A stretch of 63,993 nucleotides of DNA, counting the filler, from Streblomastix strix (lineage: Eukaryota), in assembly GCA_008636045.1 (NCBI GenBank). It is 3 parts of 3 records of this genome, joined end to end, with 100 filler letters (N's around TTAATTAATTAA, not from the genome) between each part and the next. Parts side by side here need not be neighbours in the genome. Positions count along the whole stretch, not along the records: positions 1 to 21,616 come from SNRW01000363.1; positions 21,717 to 43,314 come from SNRW01000364.1; 1 more part is not named here. One strand, 5' to 3'. Position 1 is the first letter of the stretch. Each line of letters starts with the position of its first letter. The notes beneath the pieces were generated by a model that saw only the letters and a program-made list of their open reading frames with translations, was not told where the DNA came from and did no database searches. The translations under genes and the position numbers were made by a program. Below, one piece after another: positions 12,157-24,870 of the stretch.

Positions 12157-12800
12157 GGTTAGAAGAAGTATTTAAAACAGCCGAAGAAATAAAATAAGAT
12201 AATATGTATTGCAATAACACAGACGACGAATGTAGGCATGATGATCCGGATATTCCATATAAAATTCTTGTACCAGTTGTTAGTTTCAATTCTGCTCACT
12301 TTGATATGATTTTCGTATTACCATATCTAACAAATAAAGATTGGCACATAGTTTAAGGAGAATATCTTGGTGATTTCTCTCATATCAAACGAGTAGAAGT
12401 CAGGAATAAAATAAGTAATGTTAAGATATAATTCTTAGATATTGGTATGTTCATGATTCAAATGTCATTAAAAGATGCTGTTGAATCATTTGATGATGGT
12501 AATAAATAAGATTTGAAAGGGATGTTTCCCTATACTACATTCAACTATGATAATTGAGATTAAATACTATCAAAATCTTAAACATTTGCTTAAGCTGATT
12601 TCTTAAATTTGCACAAAGAATAAACCTTATCTGATAAAAATTACTAAATTTATCTCGATGACGGCAAAAATTTCAAAAATAGATGGGAATATATGTAGTT
12701 TTATAACGAATAGAATACTAAAATAATAACAAAACTTATAAATATCTTAAATTAAATGAACTTCAGTAATGGAATTGATATATTTGCAGGTAAGTATAGC
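12156..12800 (+). pseudogene. Protein-primed DNA polymerase B fragment (exonuclease region)
   Basis: WLEEVF…VPVVSFNSAHFDMIFV (Exo II)…KGMFPY…RWEYMQFYNEQ (Exo III); colinear with the pPolB at 36080-40584. Confidence 0.85.
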
Positions 12801-13149
12801 GCATCATATGGCTAAATTAAATTGGCAGTAAAATGAGAAAAAATTAAGGTAAAATGGGGGTAAAATGGGGTGTGGTGGAGTATCTGAATGTCTGTAAAAT
12901 ACGAAATAAGAAAATCGTAATGAAGATGAAAATTGGATATTGGAAAATGGGAAATTTGGAAATTGGAAGGGCGATAGGGGCTCGGCGCTTGAAGGGTTAA
13001 GGTCGTTTTAAAATAAATATTTGATATGAAATTAGCGCATATCAATATCCAGACTTAGAATTTTGGGTTTTGGACGATTAGGAAAAAATGTTTTGATGAA
13101 ATTTACGGGTTAGTTACAGATTACAGTTGAAATTAAAGGATAATTTGTT

Positions 13150-14147
13150 AAATTACTTTTTTTTACTTTATTTTCTTTTTTTTTAACTAATTTTTCTTAT
13201 ACAGTTGATATACTTATTAGTTATGATGTTGGAATATATTTTATCTTCGTTTATAAAAGTTTTTTACCAATTATTAACTTTTTACTCGCTGCAGAGTTCT
13301 CGGTCTTCATATATGCTTATGGATTACTAAATTAGTCGTATTTATAACCTGTTTCATGAGTTATGAACGGTGATTTTCCTTATGTATCATTGATAGGAAG
13401 TCTTTCCCAAACTAATGCACCAATATCATACACTGTATTCAAATTTTAAGATGAAAGAATGACGCTAATTAGCTTCTATTTCTATTTCTCCGTTAATTTC
13501 TCTTGTGATAGTGTAAATTTCGATTGTTCATCTGGAAACAGAGAACTATCACCATAATTTTCATCATTTTATGTAGGATATTCTTCATTCAATCTTTGAT
13601 TCTCTTTTTCTTTTAATCTTGGCGATCCGAAATTCATTTTCTCAACATTTTGTTATTCTTCTGTTATAACAGGCTTTCTAGAACATAAATTCATAAACAG
13701 TTAATTTATTCTGGCGTTGATATTTTAATCATATCTCCCAACATTCTCTATATATTTTTCTTGAATGAGTTATCCTTCATTATTTATTCTGATTTATGTT
13801 CCAAATAAATCCTATAAAAGACTGTTCGGAAAATTTCTCCTATTCACTATTCTTCTTGGTTTATGGTCGTGTAAAACATTTACGCCGACAAACGCAGAAA
13901 TTTTCGAGATTGATGGATCAATTTGTTGAATTTTCCTTTCAATTTAAGATAATTTCTTAGAATTCAAATTAGTTCTTAATTTTATTCCGTGATACTTCAT
14001 AATCAAAGGAACTTTAGTGAATTATGCTGTTGATCCTCTTCTCTTATGATATTATCGTCTATCGGCAGCGTCTATCATATGCTCCATCCATTCAGAATCT
14101 GATGTACGAGGTGTAATTGACAGTTCTTTGAATGATTTCCTTGACAT
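13150..14147 (-). pseudogene. Basic hypothetical viral protein (frameshifted)
   Basis: MSRKSFKELSITPRTSDSEWMEHMIDAADRRQYHKRRGS… long frame in TAR=Gln code; 3' end approximate. Confidence 0.45.
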
Positions 14148-14374
14148 TTACTCTTTAGAGCGCTAACAAAACATTTGCGTTTAGCGACGAGCTTCGCAGT
14201 CTAAAAGTTAGTATTTTACAATTAGACAAAGAAAATCATTTGAAAAAACATGACAAGGGACACTATAGTTATAATTTCTTCCTATATCTTGCATATCGTA
14301 TATTTTACCAATTTATTCTCCAAAAATAATCTTTGATATGAAGTATATATATTATATTTTTTCTTTCTTAATAT

Positions 14375-14596
14375 ATGCGTGTTATAATCGAAGAATTTCC
14401 TATTTATTCTAATTTTTTATCGCCACTATTATGTGTCGCCACTGAATGCGATCCTGAAATTGAGTTAAGATTCATCTTACGTTAGTATAATAAGCGTCTT
14501 ATGATGGAATAACTTAAGGAAATCGTAAAAATTGCATAAGAAACTAATGAATAGGATGCTTCATTAAAATTGATACAGCTTCTCAACGAACGATGA
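14375..14596 (+). CDS. Small hypothetical viral protein
   Basis: MRVIIEEFPIYSNFLSPLLCVATECDPEIELRFILRQYNKRLMMEQLKEIVKIAQETNEQDASLKLIQLLNER*. Confidence 0.45.
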
Positions 14597-14634
14597 TGAT
14601 TTACCGTTATGTTAAATTTTTGCTTGTAAGGTAA

Positions 14635-16116
14635 ATGTCAGCTACTATTTTATAAATTATATGTTCAGACTCCGATTCGGACTTCATACAGTGGAAAACA
14701 TCAATTTCCTGCGGTTCAAACTCATTTTAAGTGAATTCTCTTAACAATATTTACTTAAATCTTACAAATTACCTGAATTAAGACTATCTGGAAATATCTC
14801 ATGAAATGAAGTCGATTGCAAATAAGAAATTCTATGTATAAACAATGAATGTAATCGGATCATAAAAACTAACCGAGATTCCTGAAATTCTTATAATAAA
14901 ATTCAACTTCAATACTACAATCAACAACAAATATACCAATGAATAAAACTATCAGGGCTATCCATACGCCCCCCTTAACAATGTGTTTCCCATAAACCTA
15001 GCAAAATGAGTTCGTGGACACTTAGGAATAGTATTTCCGAACAATAAACGCTAGTAATAGTGAATCAGTCTGCTTTAACAATGCTGTTAATGAGCATACA
15101 TAAAAGTTATCTGATGGAACATACACGCTGAATATAAATGTTGGATAAGATATCGTATCATCCGCTATAAAATACATTAATTTACGCCTGTTCTCATTTC
15201 ATTACAAATACTTTATATAATCTATTGGATGTTTCTATAGATTAATCGGTGTAATACGTTTGTATTGTTCGACAACAAATAATTTCATAACTACGATAGA
15301 ACCGTTCGTGACCACCACTTTAATTCATTCTGTAAAAATAAGATACTTACATGAAAAACAGTATAACATTAATGATTCATCGGTAATTTAAGAAATAAAT
15401 GCTTTGCCAATGAATGTTTAATAAATTTCTATGAAATATGACATAAATAGCATCAATACATTACCCACACGTATGATATCTTCATTTCTAGGATAAAATT
15501 CTAATGATTTGGATATAATTTACACGGCAGTTAGCCGATTACAATACTATAGATAATTCATTCCTGATCTTTAACAAAATTCTAGATGATGAATTACAAA
15601 AATAATGAATAGTTGCTTTGACAACCGAAGAGAATCGTGCTATCTCCTAATTTATTCAAATTATTATCTAGATCATTAGATTTATAAGATGGATTGTCCG
15701 AAAATGCTGCAAATCCAATAATAAATAATGCCTCATCAGTGAAATTCATAGATCTCGAAACTTGATATTATAAAACTGAGTATGATAATTATAGTTCACT
15801 TGCTGAGACACCTATTTTATGTCCATTTATAGAAAATTTCCAGTAATATCCTCAGATGCTTATTATCACGGTCTCTAATTAAACGCAAGGAACTACACTG
15901 TAAGGAATTGATGGATATGGATTCTCCAACGTATGTTTCAAGTAAAATCTTATTAGTGCACCTGTATTATGGGGTTAGAATATATTATCTTAGCAATGTA
16001 ATATAGGATAAAATAAGGCAGTGATCTTCACTTTATTTGATAATTTTGGAAGAAAAATACCAAATTAATACATGAATTTGTACAATAATTTACTACTGGA
16101 AATTTAGACATAATGA
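14635..16116 (+). pseudogene. Putative minor capsid (penton-like) protein, frameshifted
   Basis: Beta-rich ORF ending …NKAVIFTLFDNFGRKIPN…LLLEIQ, resembling the hydrophobic-D-x-x-G-x-x-hydrophobic C-terminal strand of Polinton/virophage pentons; convergent with the capsid gene. Confidence 0.5.
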
Positions 16117-16348
16117 TGATGAAAAAATTAATTTAAACCGACTTTAAGGACTACGAGCCCCAAACACCTAACGCCTCATAAAATAATTTAACTTAAAATA
16201 AGCAAAATTGGATCATTAATAATTATTAAATCCGCAAAACTAATGTTTTATGATTATTTTTCCACCGATTCATCGGCGACGAAGAATGTATGCATTTCCT
16301 AATTTGCAAAAATAAATTAATGTCCATTTCTATATTTTTTGCGTATGA

Positions 16349-18050
16349 TCATCCACTTCTCACCATTGTTCCTCCAACTTCACCTATAATTTCAAAATTT
16401 TAAACTTATAGATCCGGTGCATCATCAAATGTAAAACGTAAGATAGCATCACAAAGATAATGCATCTACTGAGATATCGATGCGTTTGTTTGCGTATGAT
16501 ACGATCTTGTTGCAACAAATGTTTCTAAATTATTTTTATTTTCTGGTGGATCACATCTAATCAATGAACTATCAATTATATCAGGAGATAAGCTTCCTTT
16601 CAATGTCACTTGAATATTAGTACTAGCACCCATCTTAGATTAATAATATACGCTCATGAATGAATTATCAGTTGCCATCTTCCACACTAACAAAAATTTA
16701 TGAGGATAATACGCTTTTTATGCATTACGTTCTCAATATAACGACATATTATAGAAAATTTTCTCTCTATCCTGAAATCCAGCACCTAAACATCCATAGT
16801 AATTTCCATTGGAATCATTGATAGATTAATTCTAGAAATTTACTGAATAATACAAGTCTAATGGTGCTGAAACCTGATCATATTCCACGAAATATTCAAA
16901 CATTCTATCCCAAACCATTGGATTCAATGATGTATATTCTTATGGAAGGACGTATCATTGATCAGTAACCAAATCAAATTTTTTAAATAATACAGGAAAC
17001 TTCAAAGGGGGGTATTGATTCATTGTAAATGTTATAAACATTGCTTTTATATTAGAATATGACATAATACTCTGCATTTAACCACCTGTAGCAGTAAATC
17101 CACTAAATGGAAAATTGTTTGATTATGAACGTAATATTTATGTAGGAAAATTTAATTATTTTGCATTTTTATCATATCAACGATCGCTTCTTCATTTTCT
17201 ATATTGAAATACATATTATGAATCTCTAATTTTTCAAATATTGCATCTTTAATTTATGAAATTGAATTTATTGGTTTTTTACATCACCCAGTTTACCTTC
17301 CATATTCACTAATCTTACAGAATATTTTTAATACGCTATGCTATTCCCCCAGTCTAATAAAAATAATATATCAGGTTTCTCTGGAGGAATAATTTGATAA
17401 GCTAAATGATTATTTATTATTAGGTTGTACATATTTAGCCAAACTACTTTCAAATCTTACAAGTAGTCTTAAGTTCACAGCTATAAATATATCGATGCAT
17501 AATTACATGTAAGTACTGGAAATGAGTTGAAAATATGATTTAATAGAATTAAATCAAGAACTCCAGCAATTGTTATAGGATATGGTATTAGATAGTTAAA
17601 TCTTCCAGCATCAGCACCAAATGCTGAAATTGGAATTTCCAAGAAGATTCCACATTCTCTTTTTCTTCAAACTATTGATTTTAATTGTGAAACATTTTCA
17701 GAATTGTTCGTACACAGATCATTTAATGAATTTGCTGCACCTTCTGTTAAATTCAATTTCAAAGCTAATCTATTTCCTGAAATCGTAATTTACCAGTTCA
17801 TTTAACAAGATTATACCATTGAACAGGTGGCTGTACCTCTTGCACCAAGGGGATCTCTTGTATACCTTTGTCCATCACTCGTCATTTGGGTTCTTGGCTA
17901 ATCAAAGAATTCTTACCTGCTTAATGTAAAACTCTGTGGATGAATCGTAGCAGACCGCAGTACCTCTGCAATAGCTGAATAAGTGGACACATAATCGGAA
18001 TGCTAAACTTTTGCTAATTTCTGTAGGTAATCACTTGCTTAAAAACTCAT
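16349..18050 (-). pseudogene. Putative major capsid protein, copy 2 (internal deletion of roughly 250 bp)
   Basis: MSFQASDYLQKLAKVQHSDYVSTYSA…RFTFDDAPDLQVQNFEIIGEVGGTMVRSG*; colinear with 5635-7585. Confidence 0.6.
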
Positions 18051-18107
18051 GTTTTGTTATTGTATAAAAAAATTAAGCCTTAAATTTAATTCTAAGACAA
18101 ATACAAT

Positions 18108-18313
18108 ATGGGATTCTTCACCGGATTGAAAAACTTTGGCTCAAAAATATTGACCGGCATAAAAAATGTGCATCTTGGATCGCCCCAAGTTTACACAAGA
18201 TAATGGGTGTTTTGGGCTGTCCCGTATCAACATTACACCCAGGAATCTGTAACATAATGGGAACTGTAGGTAACATGGCTGGTGCTGTCGATAGACATTT
18301 AAATAAACTGTGA
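18108..18313 (+). pseudogene. Protein VI-like peptide, copy 2 (1-bp frameshift)
   Basis: MGFFTGLKNFGSKILTGIK…ASWIAPSLHKIMGVLGCPVSTLHPGICNIMGTVGNMAGAVDRHLNKL*. Confidence 0.7.
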
Positions 18314-18372
18314 TAATAAAAATGTAATAAAATATGAAACATTGTATTAAATTATTTTTGCCAAATTCAAAA

Positions 18373-18831
18373 ATGACAGAATAATAAATTGAGAAAAATT
18401 AGTTGGAAATATTAACTGTGGACAATAAATATGAAATTATGACAGATGAACCATATAAGATCAGAAAACGATAAAATTAATTTATTCTAGTCACTAGAAT
18501 AAACTAATATGGCTATGTTGTAATTTAGTTAAGTAATGTTGAATGTATATTACATCGTATTTTAGCAATATAATTCATTCCTAATCCTGAAAATTTATCC
18601 GATATGGACCATGTAAATAGTAATAGATCTGATAATCGACTTGAAAATTTACGATGGGTTACTCGCTCTTAAAATTCAAAGAATAATACTTCACAAAGAG
18701 GTATTTACAACAAAATTTATTAAAAATATTATAAAACATTTTTTCGATATAAATTCAATTGTTTCAATATACGTTTTAAATAATATATTAAATAAGCATT
18801 ATAATAATTAAATATGTGCTTGTAATAATGA
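18373..18831 (+). CDS. HNH homing endonuclease (HNH_3 type)
   Basis: LHRILAIQFIPNPENLSDMDHVNSNRSDNRLENLRWVTRSQN. Confidence 0.85.
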
Positions 18832-18994
18832 TTGGGTTAGGATTTATGTCCTCTAGTGGCCTGTTCAAACATGTGCGTTTTCTAGTGATAGGGTGAAGGT
18901 CTAGATCCCAACGTGGCCTTCTCAAGTATTTGCCTATTCTAATAATTAGATATGGGTCTAGGTCCCCCACATGGCCTTCTCAAGCGTTTGTCTA
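18814..18994. repeat. Degenerate tandem repeat, about 3 x 57-58 bp
   Basis: Units ending …GTGGCCTGTTCAAAC / …GTGGCCTTCTCAAGT / …ATGGCCTTCTCAAGC. Confidence 0.75.
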
Positions 18995-19023
18995 ATTTTT
19001 AAGAAAATTAAAATTCAAGCGCT

Positions 19024-19110
19024 ATATGCAATTATGAACATTTTGCACTATCGTTTATACATATACTATATATATAATATATTTTAACTAGTATCAGTGT
19101 AAGCCTTTCT
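19024..19110. repeat. Right arm of ~88-bp inverted repeat
   Basis: Near reverse complement of 12068-12156. Confidence 0.85.
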
Positions 19111-19351
19111 TACCTCTAAAAATTATATATTTATGCTCTATGAATTTTTTATCATAAAATAAAGAAAAGCGTTTTTCTAGGGATAAATTACCATGAATTA
19201 TCCACAGAATGCGGTGGTTATTAGCTGCTTAAAATATAAATAAATTTTTTATTTCATTGTTTTTCTACAAGGGTGGCTGGAAATATCAATCTAACATATT
19301 TATCCAAAAATATTCGAGTGCACCTATTTGTTTTATACAAATTCTAATTAT

Positions 19352-19660
19352 TCAAGTGTTAGCGTCTTCGTTGATGTCTTTTTTATTGTCATATTTTTTA
19401 ATTAATTCATTTATTGCTATCAAATCATTAATATTTACGATTATTTTTTTTAGGTTTTTAATTATTAATAATTACATATCATTAACTTATGAAGCATAAT
19501 TTGTTTAATTTTATTTGTATCTAATTCTTGCATTTTTGCGTTGCTCTCTTGCAGCAATCGTTGCCTATTCTTTATCGGTATATTTTTTTGATCTTCCTTA
19601 TTTCGCTAAATTTATTGAATCTATTTATGTTGATTCATTGATTGCTTGATTATCTTCCAT
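19352..19660 (-). CDS. AT-hook-like small basic protein (cassette B)
   Basis: MEDNQAINESTQIDSINLAKQGRSKKYTDKEQATIAAREQRKNARIRYK…; homologs at 27506-27887 and 33724-34161. Confidence 0.65.
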
Positions 19661-19710
19661 TTTAATTTAAATTAAAAAATGAAAAATAAATAATAATTAT
19701 AAATTTTATT

Positions 19711-21125
19711 TCATCTAAATAAAAATTCTGTTGCATAATATTCTGGAATAGATTCTTTATTTTCACTAACATATTTACAATAATCTGAAGGTAATTTGAT
19801 TATATTGATTTAAAATGAATGATTCAATAATTTACATAAACCATTACCATTTACATACCTAATGATCTCCGCTAACTGATTAAAATTAATTTTTTATTTT
19901 ATAAATTATTAATATATTTTTTAATAATCAAGAAGTAATAAAATTATATTTCCAGCCTTAAATGATAATATGCCCTGTTTTCGTTATCTTGCTAATTTTC
20001 TCTCTAATTTCTTCATTTATGAACGTATATATTATCTTTCTAAATCTCTTGATAATTGAACTTAATATGAGCTGTACTCATTTTGAAGCTCAAGATGTGG
20101 AGTATCATTGTATATATTAACAACTATTTACAAGCATTTATTCGTTGAAAATTAATTAAACTTATAACTAAACGCATTCTTAATTGTGCGAATAACTGAA
20201 TCGACAACTCTATTATGATTAGTGAATTTTGAATCAGTGAAATAACAATTAATTTAATTCTTTGAACAAAATAAAGCAAATAAAGAGCCATTAAATCTTT
20301 TCTCTTCATCTCCATGAACAATTTTTATATAATAATTTTTAATTAATTTTCTTAACTATCAAACAATCTATGCAGCTGATTTTTCTATCAAATGATATAC
20401 GAGTAAATATTTCATGTTAATATTTATGCAAAATAAATACATGCATAGTTTTTCTATTTATATTTATTTCATTTTTTTCATATACAGCGATATCATATTC
20501 AATGTTATTTTCTTGCAACGTTTAATCAACAGAAAAGACTATATTTATTTCCCAACTCCCTAACTTTAGAGAGAAATAAAGCCGTTGTAATCTTTATAAC
20601 GGTTTTGATTTATAATCTTTCACTGCTAATTATACATCTTATTCAGTAGCAAAATATTTTTATTTATTGATTTTTTCATACAATTTTAATTTTGTTTTGA
20701 AAGGAAAATAAGGAACGTCTGTTTGATATTCTGATTGATTCTATGATGAACTTGACAATGAACTTGACGATGAACTGGATTGATGACTCGATTATTATAC
20801 ATCTTTATCCATTTATTTATTTTTTTTTTCCTCTATTTTATAGGTTCATATTACGATTAACCTGAAATATAAAAATAGTTCCAATTTGCAATTGTTCTTT
20901 TTTAAAAATTAATTTATCAGCTTTTTCTATCGTAACATCAAGTTATTTTTTCTATGTAAATTAAAATATATTCCTTATAAAATCTGATAAATCCATTCTG
21001 TATTAAACTCTATATATTTTATCTTCTATATCTTGTTATACTTCAAATTCGTATTCATTTCTTTAATAATAATCACCAGCTTAAATCGAAAAAATATCAT
21101 AATATTAAATGTTTTCATTTTTCAT
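19711..21125 (-). pseudogene. Retroviral-like (rve) integrase, cassette B
   Basis: LGSWEINIVF…YLFCININ…VHGDEEKRF…HNRVVDSVIRTIKN…IYNDTPH; frameshifted. Confidence 0.8.
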
Positions 21126-21204
21126 TATATTTCATGCAAAAATAAATCAATTAATGTTCAATTCATGTCTAAAACTCAGCCTGCGACTAATGAAATCAAT
21201 TAAC

Positions 21205-21372
21205 AATATGGCAGAATGGTAGTCTGGTAGCAGTTTTTGATGAAAGTTTCTGATTCGGAACACTCGGATCACTCAAAAGTCATTCATTAACGAATCCATT
21301 TCTTCGTATCAAAGTAACGTTTTTCAATAACTATCAATTATATAATTATCTGAACTCAATTACTAACCGTTA
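21205..21372. repeat. Repeat upstream of integrase B
   Basis: GGCAGAATGG…CAGTTTTTGATGAAAGTT…CAAAAGTCATTCATTAACGAA matches 27925-28035 directly and 25780-25960 inverted. Confidence 0.8.
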
Positions 21373-21485
21373 GTAGTGAGCAAACAGGGGATCAGCCCTT
21401 AGAAAAAATTAAAAATTATCGCTATCAATAATCTAATCAAATTAACGCACAAAGCAACGTATATCAATATTCAGGACCATTGCAC

Positions 21486-21616
21486 GTATCAATTACTTTT
21501 CATTACTAATGTTATTCGATAAACATATTAAATAATAGTATCAATTACTTTTCATTACTAATGTTATTCATCAAAGATAACTCATTTTCCTTTCATTAGT
21601 AAATTTATTCCAATAA
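21486..21616. repeat. Short tandem repeats of TCAATTACTTTTCATTACTAATGTTATTC
   Basis: 2-3 degenerate copies; similar units at ~25080-25195. Confidence 0.6.
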
Positions 21617-21716
21617 NNNNNNNNNNNNNNNNNNNNNNNNNNNNNNNNNNNNNNNNNNNNTTAATTAATTAANNNNNNNNNNNNNNNNNNNNNNNNNNNN
21701 NNNNNNNNNNNNNNNN
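21617..21716. other. Artificial contig linker
   Basis: N-run with central TTAATTAATTAA. Confidence 0.95.
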
Positions 21717-23538
21717 ATACGTTCTTTATTATAATCAGATTTCCAATATTTGATATAATATCAGAGGAAATCATCAAATTTCAGCAGCTAATTATCTGGA
21801 AGTGAATATTAATTGACAGTTGATGATTAAAACTCATTAATATTTGAACCAATAGATAATATTTAGAATTATGCAATGAAACTGGAAACTAATGGTATTA
21901 TGACGTTGAAGAATATAAATTTATTTAATAATGATATCTTAGCAAAATAATTACATAAGAATAAGAAGTTAATGTAAAATAATAAATATTGGGAATTGCA
22001 ACTTAAGATATTGGTGGTTTATAATAATAAGTTAATGTAATTAATGAAGAACTTAATAGATAAACACATTTTAGAGGATACTATTTATTGAATACAGATA
22101 TATAATAATTAGAAAATTCTGCCAATGGTGATTTTACATTCTCTGCTGAAAGTGGAACTGTATGGATGTATGATTAGAATTGGTATAACAGTGGAGATAT
22201 AGTTCCTGATTAAGTAACTCCTGCAAGTGATACAACACCAAAAGTATCAATTGTAGGGGGAGTAGTAGGAACAAGTACTGAATATGCTAGAGGAGATAAT
22301 TAACATCCTCTATAAGTTTCTGATGTTTTACCTGCAGAAGATACTGCTAATACTTATGCTAGATCAGATCATATTCATCATGTAAATTTAAGTAGAAGTG
22401 TTCCGAAAAGATATACTGGAACTGGAACAGCTGGTATATCAAATGTATATGCTAGATCGGAACATTAACATCCATTGAATGTTGTTTCAACTACTGCAAA
22501 TGTACCACTGGTAAATGCTACTGCTGCAGCTAATGGAACTAGTGATTATTACTGTAGATCAGATCATGTTCATCCTCAATAATTAACATATACTGGACCA
22601 TTAACTTCAATAATGTTTATTAGGAGTGATACTTAAGCAACTGATGTATTGCCAGCTAATGGTGATTCAAAACCTATATCAGACATAGCAGGTGATGTAT
22701 TTGTTAAAATAAGTGGATAATCAGAATATTCAGTTGCAGGTAAATTAAAACTAACAGATAGCACTGAATCATTTGATGATTTAGCTATCAATTAATATAC
22801 AACCAAATGCACTGTCTAAATGGCGTTCGTTAAGAAAAGTGGTAAAACATTATAAGAAATCTAAGGTGTATTACGACATAGTGGAGATAATGAAGAAGAA
22901 AGCGATGATGAAGATTATTTGCCTAGGGGAAAGTTATTAAATGGGTTCATTAATCTATACTAGGATTAAATAATGGATGGTAAAAAACGTTCAAAAATGA
23001 TTAATTTTGGATATAACCGGCAAGTAGTTCAGAACTATTAATATTATTTAGTAATAACTTATCTAATTTTTGTTGTAAATAAATGCTAAATGAAAATGAA
23101 CTAATTTTTTATCTTATAATTCGGCATAGATAAATTAAAATTATTCATTAACTTTCGCAATACTGCTTTATCAGGAATTTAAGCCAACGTAAAAATACAT
23201 TAACAATTTGTTTAAATGCTGGCAATCCTACTTCATTTGCATGCATCATTTCAGGTAATATTTAAATAAACCCTACAGCTACTAGTTATGATGATGAGTT
23301 GAGAATAACCAGATCTAATCAAGATACAGGTAATGCAACGATTTAGTTAGGATGTAGTAGAACATCTAACACTGGTGCTATATTAGGATAATGGTCAATA
23401 TTTACACCATCAAGTAGTTCTATAAATAATCCTTAAGGTTTTGCAATAGCAGTGTCATCTTAAGCTGGTGATAATACTAGAGGATTACAAATCAGTGCTA
23501 ATGGAAATACATTAAAATTCAATGAAAGAGCACTATGA
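21717..23538 (+). pseudogene. Putative fibre protein, copy 2 (5' end in gap; frameshifts)
   Basis: Same N-terminus (HFRGYYLLNTDIQQLENSANGDF…SAESGTVWMYDQNWYNSGD), YARSDHIH and YCRSDHVHP repeats, same C-terminus (RGLQISANGNTLKFNERAL*), different middle. Confidence 0.65.
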
Positions 23539-24050
23539 AAACAACTTCATAATTTAATTTATTTTTGCAACCTATGTTTGTTCTAACTGAAAGTCGGACA
23601 ACAAACGTGTCAAAACCATTAAAATTGTTATTCAATGAGCTCCTTAAATCAAATTACGAAAATGAAGATCAAATTAAAACATTAACTGAAACTCAATAAT
23701 TTCTGTCAATCAAAGATAAATCAGAATAGTAGCTTGTATTGCATAAAGAATTTGTAAGAATTAGCAAATAATTCACAAATTCATAATGTAAATTGCAGCA
23801 AATGAAATAATTCGTTGATGAAGATGACTATAAAAATAAAATATTCGGTGATAACAACAAATATTATGCAAATGAATATAATCAAATCAAGAAGAAGATA
23901 GATATGAATCAACAACTATAATAAATAAAGAAATATACTATATCTGAAGAAAATGATGAAAAAAAATTGATATATAATTATTTTATTTAAGATGCTGATA
24001 ATCAATTGTTTGAGAATATTATTAATTAACTTAACATATCCAAATAGTGA
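23535..24050 (+). CDS. Conserved viral ORF X, copy 2 (intact, ATGA overlap with fibre stop)
   Basis: 171-aa open frame; MKQFVDEDDYKNKIFGDNNKYYANEYNQIKKK shared with copy 1. Confidence 0.65.
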
Positions 24051-24253
24051 ATATAACATATAACATCTTGTACTTATTCAATAATTATATCAAATCTATC
24101 ATTAAATTCTTATTGTTTCTATTCATGGAACTATTTTTGCTCTTCATCTAATTCCTTTTCATCAATCAGTGTTTCAAATATCTCAATCACATCTAAATCT
24201 AACGCATTATGAGTTTTGCCAAGAGATTCAGCAAATTTGTACAATTCCTCCAT
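24002..24253 (-). CDS. Conserved viral ORF Y, copy 2
   Basis: MEELYKFAESLGKTHNALDLDVIEIFETLIDEKELDEEQKQFHEQKQQEFNDRF…; 83 aa, syntenic with copy 1. Confidence 0.55.
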
Positions 24254-24310
24254 CTTTATATTCAGAATAAGAAAAATATTTATAATACATTCTTATAAAT
24301 AATTTTATTG

Positions 24311-24517
24311 TCATCTTTTATTTAAATGCCGATCAATTCCGCTAGCAATATTATCAATCGTACCCATAATCTAACCTGCACTTGTACGTAACATGCTTAC
24401 TGGTCCGCTAAGCGTTCATATTATTTTATGAAGCGTCGGCGCAACCCATGAAACTGCCTTCTTTTTTCCGGTCAATATTTTTGAGCTAAAATTCTTCTAT
24501 CCAGAAAAGAATCCCAT
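24311..24517 (-). pseudogene. Protein VI-like peptide, copy 3 (internal TGA)
   Basis: MGFFSGQKNFSSKILTGKKKAVSWVAPTLHKII*TLSGPVSML…DRHLNKR*. Confidence 0.65.
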
Positions 24518-24603
24518 AATTATTGTATGTTTTCTTGTTTATGCGTTTGTTTGAATAATAAAACATACGCGTTATTTTAAATTATAAACAAATCGTACGC
24601 AAA

Positions 24604-24870
24604 GTGAGTTTCTCAGCAAGTGATTACCTTCAGAAATTAGCAAAAAATTTAACATTCTGACTATGTTTCAATGTATTCTGCAATGTCAGAAGTGCTAAGA
24701 TAAGCATCGATTCATCCATAAAGTTTTACATTGAGTCGACAAGAATTCTTTGATCAGCCTGTTTCTCAGATGACAAGTGATGGACAAAGATACACGCGTG
24801 CTCCCCTTGGTGCAAGAGGTAATGCAGCATGTTCAATGGTGTAGTCTTATTAAGTTAACTGTTCATCATC
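24604..24870 (+). pseudogene. 5' fragment of putative major capsid gene, copy 3
   Basis: SFSASDYLQKLAK…QHSDYVSMYSAMSEVL…QMTSDGQRYTRAPLGARG; truncated by terminal-repeat sequence. Confidence 0.7.

Larger units (their letters stand above)
12068..19110. mobile_element. ~7-kb internally deleted Polinton-like element bounded by inverted repeats
   Basis: The inverted repeats enclose a pPolB fragment, penton-like, capsid-like, pVI-like and HNH genes. Confidence 0.65.

Noticed and set aside
12830..13010. G-rich strand-biased tract (telomere- or G-quadruplex-like)
   Set aside because: No regular repeat unit; probably non-coding element sequence.
18814..18994. CRISPR-like array
   Set aside because: Units align over their full length with no unique spacers; eukaryotic context with no cas genes.
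21617..21716. TTAATTAATTAA palindrome in N-runs (also 43315-43414) and the inverted arrangement of cassettes B and C across it
   Set aside because: Artificial linker; B and C are on different contigs and cannot be treated as two ends of one element.
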